Part shown: positions 11,501 through 23,555 of the stretch, in pieces
How the letters are laid out: every line of letters starts with the position of its first letter
Numbering within the stretch: the stretch's first letter is position 1
Assembly (NCBI GenBank): GCA_030704615.1
Contig: CM060733.1
Location: 58,900,001 to 58,964,000, forward strand
Direction: 5' to 3'
Origin: Takakia lepidozioides
Lineage: Eukaryota; Plantae; Bryophyta
DNA: 64,000 nt
The notes under the pieces: model-generated
Told to the model about the DNA's origin: nothing
The model's database searches: none
Seen by the model: only the letters and a program-made list of their open reading frames with translations
Made by a program: the position numbers and the translations under genes

Positions 11501-14500
11501 GTTGGAAAGCTTGGGGCCTTTCCCTCTTTAGAATATGCCTACACGGGTCAGCAAGTACAAGCGCTGACGACTACTAAAGGTGCAGTGGTGACTTCATCGG
11601 TTGCATTGTCAAAACCTTTGAAACTCACTACAGTATCCTTGGCAGAACTTCTAGGTCTAACAGTGAGGGGTCTTCTGCTGAATGGAGGGACACAGTTGGA
11701 AAAACTGTTCCTATGATTCAAAACAACCCTGATGAACTGGAGTATATTTCAATGGCTTATAATGCTCCCATTAGTTCTTCTGAGATTGTGGAAGCAATTG
11801 AACATTTAAATGGATATAAAGCTGGTGGACCTGATGGTATTGTCAACGAGCTTATCAAGCACGGTGGCGATCCCATGATAGAGGCCCTAGTTCTCCTCTT
11901 TAACCTTATCTGGAAGACTGAAATGATCCCCTTTCGCTGGCGACAGGGGGTCATTGTCAATCTATACAAGAAGGGTGACAGAGAAGAACCGGGGAACTAC
12001 CGTGGCATCACGCTCCTCAATGCTGTTGGCAAGACATTCTGCAGAGTTATAAGTACTCGTCTCGAGGTTGATCTGGAGTCTAGAGGTTGTTTCCACGAAG
12101 GCCAAGCTGGCTTTCGGCAAAACAGGGGATGTGTGGATCATATCTTCACTCTAAGCCAGATTATCCAGGGAAGGAGAAAAGAAGGGAAACCCACTTATGT
12201 CTTTTTCCTGGATGTCAAAAAGGCTTATGACACAGTGTGGAGAGATGGCCTATGGTTCCGCCTCTGGTCTTGTGGGATCAAGGGAAAGATGTGGAGAGTT
12301 GTCCACAACTTGTATGCTCACACCAAAAACTGTGTCACTGTTAACGGACAGAAGTCCAACTTCTTTGACATAGACCAAGGTGTAGCTCAAGGATGTACTC
12401 TCTCCCCTCTGCTCTTCAATGTTTTCATCAATCAACTCCTCGAGGATGTGGAAAGTGAGGGATTTGGGTTAAGGGTGGGTGATACCACCATACCAGCCCT
12501 TATGTTTGCGGATGACTTCGCAGGCATAGGGGAGACTCCAACCAATCTCCAGGAGTTGATTGATTGCGCGAAGAGATACTTTGATCTTTGGGGGCTAGAG
12601 GCTAATGTCAGCAAATGTGCAGTGGTAGCATTCAACGACAGAGGAGAGGGAGGAAGTGATCTTAAGTGGCAGTGGGGTAGCCAAGAGATCCCGGTCCTCC
12701 CTTCCTACACTTACCTGGGCGTTGAGTTCTCCTCCAATTGTAATTGGGATGCACATATCCGGAAAGTTGTTCAAACTGGCAAGGGCAAAGCTCTGGGGCT
12801 CACTAAATTTTTCCACTGCAGAGGGGTCAACTCTGAGGTTAAGAAAACCATGCTTTGTCACGTTATTAGACCTACCTTGGAGTACGGATCTGCTATATGG
12901 GTTGATAACTCCAACCAGGCTAAGTCTCTAGAATCCATTCAAGTGGGGGTGCTTAAGGAGTGTATGTCAGCATGCTCCAAAACAGCCAATGTGGCTGTTC
13001 GGGGTGAGTTTGGCATTCCGTCCTTAAGCTCCCGATGAGATGAATTCAAGGTCAGATGGTGGGGTCAGCTGCAACATATGCCCAACACCAGATATCCTAA
13101 GTTAATCGACTCTATATCTTGGAAATAGGACCGCCCTGTCAAACAGGCTAAGTCCTGGCAGAAGAGAGTAGAAGAGATCCTCAAGGACCTGGACCTGGAT
13201 CCGCAAGTCTTGACCCTGCTGGATAAATCTGACTTGGAGGCTGTAGTGTCCTCAGCCATGTCTGTTGCCATGAGATTGTCTGATGAAAATGAAGTTAGGC
13301 AGAAAACTTCCCTGAACTTGTTTCCAGTCTGTGACATGGGGGAGGACATCTTGGATGACCTCAAGGGTCTACCCACTCTTGGCACTAGACTGAAATTTAA
13401 ACTCAGGGCAGGAAGCCTACCTTTGAACAGCAAACAGAAGCAGAGAGGAAAGGGAGAGTGCAATTGCCCGTTGTGTGGGCAATCTGAAGACAATATTCAT
13501 TTTCTGATACACTGTCCGGGGTTCTCTCACCAAAGAGACGCTCTCTTCAAATTTATTAAGGGAATTGTGCCTGTACCCCTGTTTACCAACTTTGAAAGTC
13601 TCGAGGCTGAGCCAAAAGCCCAGGCCCTCCTGAGGCCTAGTTTTTGGGCAAATCACACACAGCAGATTGATGCTTGTATGAAGGGATTTCTAGAGGATAT
13701 CTGGAAAACCCGGATTAATTCTTTATATGGAGGTAAGTCTTACTACCAACGTCAGCCCCTGACAGAGGTAGGTTCTGTCCCTTTTTTTCCCGCTCAAACT
13801 GGGCGCGGGGTCAATGGCCACAAGGCTACGGCAAACAACGTCTTATGAGTACATCTTAGAGGATGGCACTAATATTCCCATATCCTGTCCATGTGTAGGC
13901 TAAGACAAGTGGTCGTCCTCCACTTCTATCCGAAATTTCGGGGAGCAAGAATAGCAACAAGGGGTATGGTTCTGATTCAGCAGGGGCCACCCGATCTGTA
14001 AGTAACTAACCCACCTGCATTTGTTGCAATGATGTGCTTGTCAATTATTTATGGTTTTGCCTTCCTGTGTTGTTGTCCAATAAACTACCTCGCATGGCTA
14101 GTGCGATAGATGTATTGAATCGTATTTGCACCCTTTTTGTGGCAGGGCCTTGGAGCATTGGCTTCTCGGCTTGATGGCTTGGAAGGATGGAAACATACAA
14201 TGGAGGCCAGCTCAATGGAGCACAAATTGGAATTGCAGGTAGTGAAATCCATGTTTGCCGCTGCAGTATCTAAGACAGACAAGTTCAACATGGCATTGGC
14301 AGCGAAGCTCGGTTTGGACCTGCCGAGGGATGAATCTCCATCAACATCAAACATTGTGTGTGAGTTGTCGCCCCCTGTTCATGGTGTTGTCCCACCTGCG
14401 ACTACTGTGGAAATGACAAGTACAGGTGAGCAGCCTCCTAGCAGTGGAGGCAGTGGACAAAGGAAAGGGGGCAGTATTGTGGAAGAAGATGCCACAGGAG

Positions 14501-15379
14501 AGGACAAAGTTCAGAACATGGCATGTGACGATCCTTGCCTTAATTATGGTGCCAATGATGACCTATCCCCCCTTATTGAGAAGGGAGTGCCTGTACTGGA
14601 GGATCACACCGGCAGTGAACTTAGACAGAGTGCCCAAGACATAGGGGCAGGGGCTAAGGGCACAGGAGTGGTTATTGTTGGGGCAGGGAAGAACATTGAT
14701 TCAACAACAAAATTGGCCGTTGTATGGAAGGTAAGTACTCGTGTTCCTATATTCTTGTGCTGTTCCAAGTCGATTATGCAATACCTGCGGGCCGTTCAAT
14801 GCAATACCTGCAGGCCGTTCATGACTTCTGTGTACATGTGTGGGTTTCTATTGATTCAGAAGCCACCAAAGGAAATTGTTGCGGAGAATATGAGGAAGAA
14901 GTCCGCAAGACTTGCTGCCAGCAACGTTGATGGGAGCCGTATGGGAAGCTTCAAAGCGCCAACACCTGTTGTAAGTTTTCCTTCGTGGAAGTACATCCAT
15001 ATTTTGTTTGTAGGGCTATATGATGGCATCTCGCGTTTTCCCTGTCCATAACTGTTGCATGTGCATAACAAATGACAAGGGCACACATTGGTGGTGTTGG
15101 CTGTCCCAGTTTCAGGTTGGTGACAAGGTCACAATGTTTGACCCCAATGCACCCAAACGGAAGGCAGGCGTGGGCCATATATTGGGCATGTCGACTGGCT
15201 GGCTGGCTTATGTCGTTCATGCCGATTATCATGTTGTCTCGGTTGAATCAGTACATGGGGCAGATGTTGCTCTACCATACCCCAACAATGATGTTAGGCC
15301 TCCCATTGTGATGCTCAGTGACACTGTAGGCAGCACAGCCCTGTGGTCTGCCAAGTTCCTCAAACTGACCCGAACATGA
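8580..15379 (+). CDS. CACTA TnpA-like protein (Transposase_24/Ptta-like core plus TNP1-like C-terminal domain), multi-exon, with a LINE in one intron
   Basis: Approximate exons 8580-8711, 8846-9262, 10078-11259, 13899-13997, 14146-14730, 14860-14970 and 15110-15379, with GT-AG borders. WAELVRHWNTPKWQKSR...GRSGLSGVEERL|AKTSGRPP and VVSVESVHGADVALPYP...LSDTVGSTALW match En/Spm TnpA-type motifs. Exon structure between 9262 and 10078 is uncertain. Confidence 0.75.
11345..13853 (+). mobile_element. 5'-truncated non-LTR retrotransposon (RTE/RTEX-like) with a 15-bp TSD
   Basis: TCTTAGAGGATGGCA at 11330-11344 and 13854-13868. Removing the insert restores a 115-nt GT-AG intron of TnpA. Confidence 0.92.
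11713..13848 (+). pseudogene. Non-LTR reverse transcriptase with a C-terminal CCHC finger, interrupted by two stops
   Basis: KAGGPDGI, NYRGITLL, QAGFR, FLDVKKAYDTV, GVAQGCTLSPLLF, LMFADD, YTYLGV, RPTLEYG and CPLCGQSEDNIHFLIHCP. In-frame TGA at 13036 and TAG at 13126. Confidence 0.92.
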
Positions 15380-15939
15380 GGTTGTGGGGGATCCTCAATT
15401 TGAAGGCAATTTTGACTGAACGCCACTTCATATCAATTTCACCTTTTTTTCGTTATTGTGCGCATCAATGTAGGATTTGGGTACATTGTGGGGTTTTGAT
15501 CAGCAGTGCAGACTCTGCAATACTTGCATGTTCAAACTAAACTTTATTTGGGCAATGAAGGGCGCACCCAACTTTGAAGCACCCTTGCATCTGGTCATTA
15601 TTTCTGTTGTTCTGGCCATGCTTAGTCAATTGTACATGTCATGAGCAGGTTGTTGCCGCAGTGCTTTGGAATTGTGTTTATGTATATGAGTCATATTTCA
15701 CATGGACTGTGAAACTGACAGTGTGGACAGTATCACGATTTGTGATATGATCATGATGCCTATGGAATAATTGTGCACACCATGACGTCACAAATATATG
15801 AAATCAACCGTAGCTTGCCTGTGGCATCTTCCACATTTTTGTGGAATGACCTACAACATCAGCAGTAGAATATTTCAGACCCACTATGGTATGCTCCTGT
15901 GGCTATGTGGAATGACATACAGTATAGGCAGTAAAATAC

Positions 15940-16600
15940 TACACACCCACTCCATGCAGATTACGCCACGTGCCGTCCTCTCCAAAATACACGCGTTGCC
16001 CATACCGTTGCCCACATGTCGTCAAGCCCAGGTAACAGGGTGTCGCATCATTTTCCCGTAGGTGTGGACAAGTCCACACCCTTTGTATGTTTAGGATCCA
16101 CGTGGCGGTGTTTGCCACGGAACATGTGGCCCCCAAACTTGCTGAAGCTGTGAAAACAGCCAGTGGATGGTCTCACACCGAATGGCTTTTTTCACACCCA
16201 CATGCCACGCCAGATGTCCGCTCCACATAAGTGCACATCTCCTCTTTGTCTCCATACACGTGTCATCCCCACAAAAATACACGTGTTGCACACACCGTTG
16301 CCCAGATGTCGTGAAACCCTGGTGACAGGCAGTCGCATGGTTTTCCCGTAGGTGTGGACAAGTCCACACCTTTGTACATCTACGATCCACGTGGCGGTGT
16401 TTGCCAAAGCACACGTCGCTCGTGGAAAAAGCCATGAACCCCGTGAAAAAGGCCACCCGTGGACTTCTCCACAGGGCCACCCGAGAGCCAGGCCATCCAC
16501 GGGGTGTCCGAAAGCACTCGTCGTTTCCTACACCCACGGCAGGTGTGGACTGGGGCGGATTCCACGGAAAAAAGTGTGAAAAAAGCCGTGGAAAAAGCTG
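15940..16600. repeat. CACTA subterminal repeats
   Basis: A ~135-bp imperfect direct repeat (~15984 and ~16274), each copy holding the hairpin GGTGTGGAC-AA-GTCCACACC and CCACGTGG; many further CCACG/CGTGG motifs. Confidence 0.85.
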
Positions 16601-16615
16601 TTTTTTCTTCTAGTG

Positions 16616-18271
16616 TAAGTCAATTTTTGTTAAACAAATCTTCTGGATTTGGAGGGATGGTATGATGATTGTTGGATTCCCTAGGTCCGTCTCCTGCCGG
16701 TGTCGTCTGTTTCTCTGGCTGGACAACTTTGTGCTCTGCAATGTTGCACTGCCCTGGCGCCACAGACTGACCCTCATTCTTTTGTAGACGCAAGCTCTTC
16801 TTCCGCAGCTTCAAAGGTGGCTGTCTGCGAATTCCTCATTACCGCTGTCAGGCAGCTTCACAACCGTATCGCCCTTATCCACGTCCATCTTTTGCGGACG
16901 GGAGTTTTTTCGAGGTGCCAGACCGTGCTTGGTGAGAACAGCCTCGTAGGTCTACCGCCCTCTGGGCCACCTCAAAAACATGATACATTTTGAGTTTAGG
17001 GGCACCCAAGTGTACTGACGGGCATCATATCCGTTTATCCTGTGAATGTTAGCTTCTTTTTGTCTTTATAGATCCTATTACAGACAATGCATTTGAAAGG
17101 CTTCCTGTTATTACAATCGGGTTCCTCAACCCTTGCCTTCGTGTGGGCCTCGTAGATCAATTCCCCCCACTCGTCGTCTTCATACTCCTCCTGGTACACC
17201 CGACGGGCTTCCACCATGGTCGATTTTTTGACCATATCGCAAGACCAAGTGGTGCGCCTCCACCACAGGTATCGGCAACAGAAATGGTAAAAGTGAGCTC
17301 CTGAAAGTAAATGGGATTCGGAGTGTGGAAGCAACGATCCAGGAGCGACGTAGCAAATCGACAGGGAAAACAGAATGGACTACAGGCGCGTGCAACAGTG
17401 CTACAAGAAGAAAGACAATATGTACAGTGAAACCCTAAAGCAAAAACGAGGAAGGATTTGAACCTCCCCGCCACCCCGGGGATGCCATATAAATTACCAG
17501 AGAATCTGAAGAGAAGGCCAATAACAGCAACGACAGCAGGAAAGGATAACAATAAAATCTCTGAATGCGCACACTCGGGAGGCTGCTTCGTTTAACCCCG
17601 GCAAAGGTGTGCAGCAGAAACATGGGAGACATGAGAGCAACTACTTACGGTGTGATACCAACATGTGAAATCCTTTGCATGGAAAGAACGTCCCACTTGT
17701 TTCTGCAGATTCTCCTCCACAGACTGAGGGCGGAGTCGATATGAAGAATACAGAAGCATTCAAGCAACAGGAATAGTGCCGCAAAACAAGTGGACGTCAA
17801 TAGTGAAAAGTGAAGCAAAACGTCTCGCATGCAAAGCGTCCCCGTCCGCATGAGTGCAAGCACCTGTCAACCCCATGGGAAAGTCCCAGGGACAACTGAA
17901 TGTCTATGCTATGATTGCGCTCTAGGACGGTGCGTCTATGACGAGGCATTCATGGGGCATGCATGATGCATGTGTACAGTACTGTAATACAGGTCGAGGA
18001 TGTATGACAGTGGTGAGATTGTATGACAGTGTTATGGCGAGGGATGGACCCGGCGCGGGGGCGGGGGGTGGAGGGGTTGGGGGACGGCAGGCGCGGCGAC
18101 CGCAGGCCGCGGCGGCACTGCGAGGGGGGTGCGTGGCGGAGGGCGGGGGTGGGGCCACGCAAGCAGGCCCGCTGAGGGAGCATTGAACTCCCGGGCCTCA
18201 TTTATCACTTGCCATAAATTAATAGAAGTAGAGCAAATGATGAATAAGCCCCCCAAGGGTAGCAGGATACA
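16616..18271 (-). mobile_element. 5' part of an LTR retrotransposon (putative LTR 17664-18271, PBS, degraded first ORF), cut by the CACTA insertion
   Basis: TGT...ACA-bounded 608-bp block, followed on the minus strand by TGGTATCA (17653-17660, 8-nt match to the tRNA-iMet PBS). A decayed ORF from 17235 contains KPFKCIVCNRIYKDKKKL. Confidence 0.5.
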
Positions 18272-18999
18272 TTTGTGTTTTCGGTGGTGAATGGTTGTTT
18301 TTTTATGATTATGATTATGATTATTTTAACTTTATAATTGTTAGTATTAACTCTGTTTTTCTTTTCTTTTCTTTTGTATTATTGAGCGGCTGGGGTTCTT
18401 TTAACCCTTCCTGATTTCTTACAGATAGAGTGTTTTGGCCCTTAAAATTTCTTACCCGTGAACAATAAAACCAAGCTACCCAAATATATTATGTCCAGAA
18501 ATGTGAACCTTACAAATGTGTTGCTGTCTACCACATACATCCATATACCAAATATAGAAGATTTTTACTACCAAATTTTCAAGATTATAGTGCTTTGACC
18601 GAGGGTTTTTATTTGGGAGAATTTGAAAAATTTGCAATGTCCGGTTTGGAAAAATTTATCAGAATACATTAGTGGATAAGTTGGGAATCTATGATGAGAT
18701 TGTGGATTTGGATACTCTGCAATTTAGAAATATCTTCAAATACAACAATTGGCAGTCAAGTAGTGATTCCTTGGTTGGGAACCCAGGTAAATTGTTGGTT
18801 GTACAGCCGGATTATGCTTGGCATTTTTAGGGGGCACTTGCTTTTTCTGATTGGGCCTTTTCTTCCACGAGTGAACTTGGCCCGTGTCTGCTATTATACC
18901 AACAAATATACAGGTTTTGTACTTTACCCAATTAGTGGTAGGACGAGGATTCCATTGGATGTTTGTGAGTTGAGGGCATTTATTGGAATATGTTTGTAC

Positions 19000-19540
19000 C
19001 AGTGTTTGGCGGATATAGAGTGATCCGGATGTCAAAATCCGGATATCAATCCAGATACCAGTGTATCCGGATCCGGATCCGGCAACTGTTTGATATCCGG
19101 CTATTATTTATATCCGGCGGATACATAAAACAGAGGATCCGGATAGGATCCGACCCGCCGGATATAAAAATGATTAATAGCCGGATTGTATTGGGCAAAA
19201 ATACCAAATCTCAACCGGATATAAGAAATATTAATATAAAAGTAAAATATTACTATTTTATTAGAATTATAATGATTTAAATTGATTAATTTTTTAAAAA
19301 AAGATATGATTTTTATGATTCATATATCCGGATTAAACTATAACCGCCGGATATTATAATCTGAATATCTGGACTTATTTATATCTGGCAGATTTAAAAA
19401 AACTTCTACTATGCATAGTCGTCGGATATTAGAAATACAGATTATTCTAATATCCGGATCCGCAAGATATATCATTCTCTAATTTGTCAAGTATCTGGAC
19501 CCGACAGATATTAAAAAAAACTAAGAACCGCCCAACACTA
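19000..19540. mobile_element. Non-autonomous hAT element (MITE)
   Basis: TIRs CAGTGTTTGGCGG and CCGCCCAACACTA; 8-bp TSD GTTTGTAC at 18992-18999 and 19541-19548; dense internal CCGGAT/ATCCGG repeats. Confidence 0.92.
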
Positions 19541-20317
19541 GTTTGTACATGGGTTTGAAAAAACAGCCAAGTATGAGGTCATATTGGGTGATGATGAGAC
19601 ATAGGTTTGAGTCCATCATGCAATGTCGTCCCGTGGTTGCTATGCTGCAACCTCTTGAGCAGTGACCACTGCCTGCTCTGTTAGTGACAATGTCTCATCC
19701 TGCCCCATCATCCCATCCTTGAGGACCTCCTCAACCCGAGAAAAATCCCCAACCTGATCCATCACCGCCGCCTTGGCTGCCAACTCCTTCTGAACCTCGA
19801 GCACAAGGTCAAGACTTGCGGGTCCAGATTCAGATCCTTGATAATCTCTTCTACTCTCTTCTGCCAGGACTTAGCCTGTCATCTTATCTTTGCTTGGCCA
19901 CACTCAAATGAGCGTTGAGGTGTGTGGTGCAAAAAGCATAAGTTTTGGAAACAATTTGACAATGGGATGGAGCTTTTGGTGCACGGGTGGTAGTGCAATC
20001 ATCTCCCATTCATGTGGAAATCAAGCTAACATGTGTGGCGTTAATGTAGTACATGACCAGCTGAGGGGATCTTACTCTTATCAAACATGTACCCACGATA
20101 GCCCTCCAAAGACACGGTCGTACACGACCACCATTCAGGACAACTCTTACCCCAGAAAATAAAAAGAAAATTTTATTTTATTTTTATTTTTTTTCCCCCC
20201 TTGGGCTGCGCTTCAAAATACGGTCGTTGACGACCCCAATTTAGGATGGCTCCCACCCAAAAAAAATATTAAAATTAAAATTAAAATAATTCATGTTTTA
20301 TTTTTGTGGGATTGCGA

Positions 20318-21249
20318 AGCAAGATTTCGGGGCCGAAGGTTTATTCTCCTTTCATCCAGAAATTACCGACACAGGGGTTGTAGCTCTTGTAAAGCCCGAC
20401 TTGCTAAACAAGACGGAATCAACACCGCGGGAGTCTACTAAGTTCGTACTTTCATCCAATACTCGAGCACAAAGGTACACCATCCAACACGATATAAGCA
20501 TACTTGTGAAATCGAATCCACCGCCATGCTTACGTTCGCGCACTGGTTTAAATAATATTAGAGTGAATTCTAATCCAAGCCCAAATGACCATTATACATT
20601 GGCCAACTAGATGTCATTCCAGCTGAGCCATAGAAAAGTGACAGATCAGCCAGATATCCTAATCTAATCCAAAAACTTATTGTTTAGAAAAGACAACTCT
20701 AGCTTAATACTCCTTAGCTATAACAGCTCATCCCACTTGTATCTTCGAACCGTTACATATCGGGGAGAAAGAGTCATTGAGAGACTCTTCGAACCGTTAC
20801 ATATCGTAAAGAAAGAGTCATTGGGGGACTCTTCGAACCCACTTGTATCCACGTAATAGATCATCCGGGCTTTATCCTTTGTCTATTTATCTAGGACCAA
20901 AAAGTAGGTAAGAAAGAATAATGCCTCCGCATATGTGAAGCATGCAGGGGCCTCAAAATTTGTGAGCTCATACAACAAGGAACTAGGGAAGAAACCAGAC
21001 ATGATACTAGCCTAAACAAAACTACACACCCGATGCAAGAGAGAAGAAAAAACCTAGGAGAAGAAAACATTGCCCTGCAAGTTGGGCGAAGAACAAAACA
21101 TCTTCTAGGAAAAATCCCAAATGCTACATGTGGTGTAGAATACTATCACGGAAAGCACACTACTCTACTGAGAACCCTCACTTTTGATATCATATGTTTG
21201 AACACTGAGAATAGGCAGGTGATCCTCACGCCCATTCGTGGACGTTACA
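20318..21249 (-). mobile_element. LTR-like fragment
   Basis: Minus strand begins TGTAACGTCC at 21249; internal duplications (CTTCGAACCGTTACATATCG twice); lies just downstream of a minus-strand integrase fragment. No TSD. Confidence 0.4.
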
Positions 21250-21412
21250 GCACTGTGGCTACAGATCCAGCAGAGTGAGACATAGCTCCTTAAGTATATG
21301 TTGCAGTTGTTTTGTGGAACTAGCAAAGATACATGAACATAATTGAGGAAGAGAGGGGTAGAGTCATGCTATGGTAACAAGACATATTGACGTCCTGACA
21401 AAATGTTAGTGA

Positions 21413-22250
21413 TCAAATAAGGTCCGTCAATACGTTCTTAGTTTTAGAAACTTGCTTATCAGGCTGCAAACGCACACAAATAGATTGACCAATACAAAAT
21501 GATTCAGAATATACCACCCTCCTGTTGTAGTTCTTGGTCTGGGAGGCTTGAGACAAAACAATGTTAGATTTGACAACCTCACGTAATTGACGTCGCTTAA
21601 CATGCAAGGTAGCTAAAAACTCTTCCCAATTCTCTGGCTCAGTGGCTGAGACCTGCAGCCAAGAGATGTGCAAGGGAGATCTGCACTTTCTACCATATAA
21701 CAACTCAAATGGGAAAATCTTGGTACTGGCGTGAATTGAAGTCTTATAAGCAAACAACAAGATGAGAATAGCTATATGTCACTCATGAATAAGAGTTCCA
21801 TTCTTTTCCAACATTTGATACATCGTCTTGTTAAAGTGTTCTGTCAAGCCATTACACTGCGGATTATAGGGTACAGTAACAGAATGCTTGGTGTTCAAAT
21901 TGAAACAAATTACTTCCATTAGCTGGTTCCAGAACTCATTACCTTAATCCGTGAGGATCTCGAGAGGGCACCCATGTTGGAGGATCACCTTATCAAAGAA
22001 AAATTGTACCACTTCATCACTGTCCTTAGCAAATAGAGGTCGGATTTCTACCCATTTCGTTAGGTAATCCGTGGCTATAGCAAGGTAAGCATGACCCTTA
22101 GACGTAGGTTTTAAAGGTCCAACAAAATCTAGGCCTACCCGTGCAAAATGTTCGGACACAGGGATAGGTGTAATGGTAGAGAAGCTTCGGTTCTAGGCAG
22201 GATGGTCTTGACATGACATAATACACATTTTGCAATGAAAGCTGAAACGT
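21413..22250 (-). pseudogene. Ty3/Gypsy integrase core (rve) fragment
   Basis: RVGLDFVGPL, ATDYLTKWVE, HGCPLEILTD*G, PYNPQCNGLTE and FAYKTSIHASTKIFPFELLYGR, with stops. Confidence 0.9.
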
Positions 22251-23518
22251 CATTGACTAACCCTTTCCAATGGTATTGTTCATGTAACCTCTTTCACGGT
22301 TTTTGTACCCCAAGATGACCAGCAAATGAGGAAGCATGGTATAATTCAAGCATAGCAAGTACATCGGAGAAACTTCCACAACAGGAGAACTTTCCAAAAC
22401 ATTCACTGTGAACAACTTTCCTTCATGTACCTGGTGGGATGATAGATGATAGTGTACTTGCCTCATGAGGAGCTTGGATGTGCCAATGATATGGGTGTCG
22501 GTTGTGCACCTATGGAGAAGAATAGCGTATAAAGTGTCATCCATGTCTACAACACTCATGGCCATATAGCAGCAGGTTAGAGCAGGTGCAAAAGAAAGTG
22601 TCCGCCCCCATTGCCTTCCTTTCATGGTATTTGTTACCCTTTCAGTGTCTGCCTATGAGGTGGTAAAAAGGCTGTGAAGTGCAAGCTCAGTTCCTTGGTC
22701 AAGATAGGTGAAATGAAGGAATGAATAGACTAGCCAAATGTAAGGCAACAGCAAAAGCCTAGGCTGCAGGTTGTCACCCTTCTAGACATATGAGTGTCAC
22801 GTAAGAGATCAAACTACACCAAAAGTAGGTGAGGATGAATCCTGCCTCCACATGATAGCCCTCCAAAAATACCCTTCGAAAATGCAATCGTTGACTATCG
22901 CAATTCAAGACTGCTCTTATCAAAAAGATATTTTTTAAATAATTTATTTTATGGTTGCGATAGCCCTCCAAATGTGTTGTCATTGACAACGACAATTAAA
23001 GGCGGCTCCCACCCCACAAAGAAAACAAATTGCGATAGCCCTCCAAAAATGTGGTTGTTGACGATCGCAATTCGGAACGGCTCCCACCTAGATTTGTTTT
23101 TGGTTTTATTTTTTATTTTTTATTTTTTTTTAGGTGATGGCCCTTCACAATTGCGGTCATTAATGACCGCAATTCAGGACGACTCCCACCAAAAAGAATA
23201 AAGAATACATTTTTATATTTTTTGTTGTTATACCTCCGAAAATGCAGTTGTTGACAACCGCGATTCGTGACAGGTCCCACCCCAATTTTTTTTTAATTTT
23301 TTTTAATTTTTTTTAATTTTTTTTGGGTTGCAATAATCCTTCAAAAATACAGTCATTGACGACCCCAATTCATGATGGCTCCATCCAAAACATAAATAAA
23401 AATTAACGTTAAAATTAAAAACATTTTTTTTGGTGAGATAGCCCTCCAAAATGCGATCCGAGTCTCGAAAAATGCAGCCGTTAACAACCCAATTCAAGAT
23501 TGACCCCACCCAAATATA

Positions 23519-23555
<37 letters not shown>

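Larger units (their letters stand above)
1..16615. mobile_element. CACTA (En/Spm) DNA transposon; right terminus at 16615, left terminus outside the window
   Basis: Ends in GCTGTTTTTTCTTCTAGTG (reverse complement starts CACTAGAAG). Preceded by ~700 bp of subterminal CCACG/CGTGG repeats. Contains TnpD- and TnpA-type genes. The 3-bp TSD cannot be verified because the other end is missing; inclusion of 1-4100 in the element is inferred from the absence of a left TIR there. Confidence 0.85.

Noticed and set aside
17878-18205. RNase MRP RNA (GGAAAGTCCC...CGGGCCTCATT resemble CR-I and CR-V)
   Set aside because: P4 pairing is imperfect, the spacing is long, there is no T-run terminator, and the region lies in a putative LTR. 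An Infernal scan would settle it.
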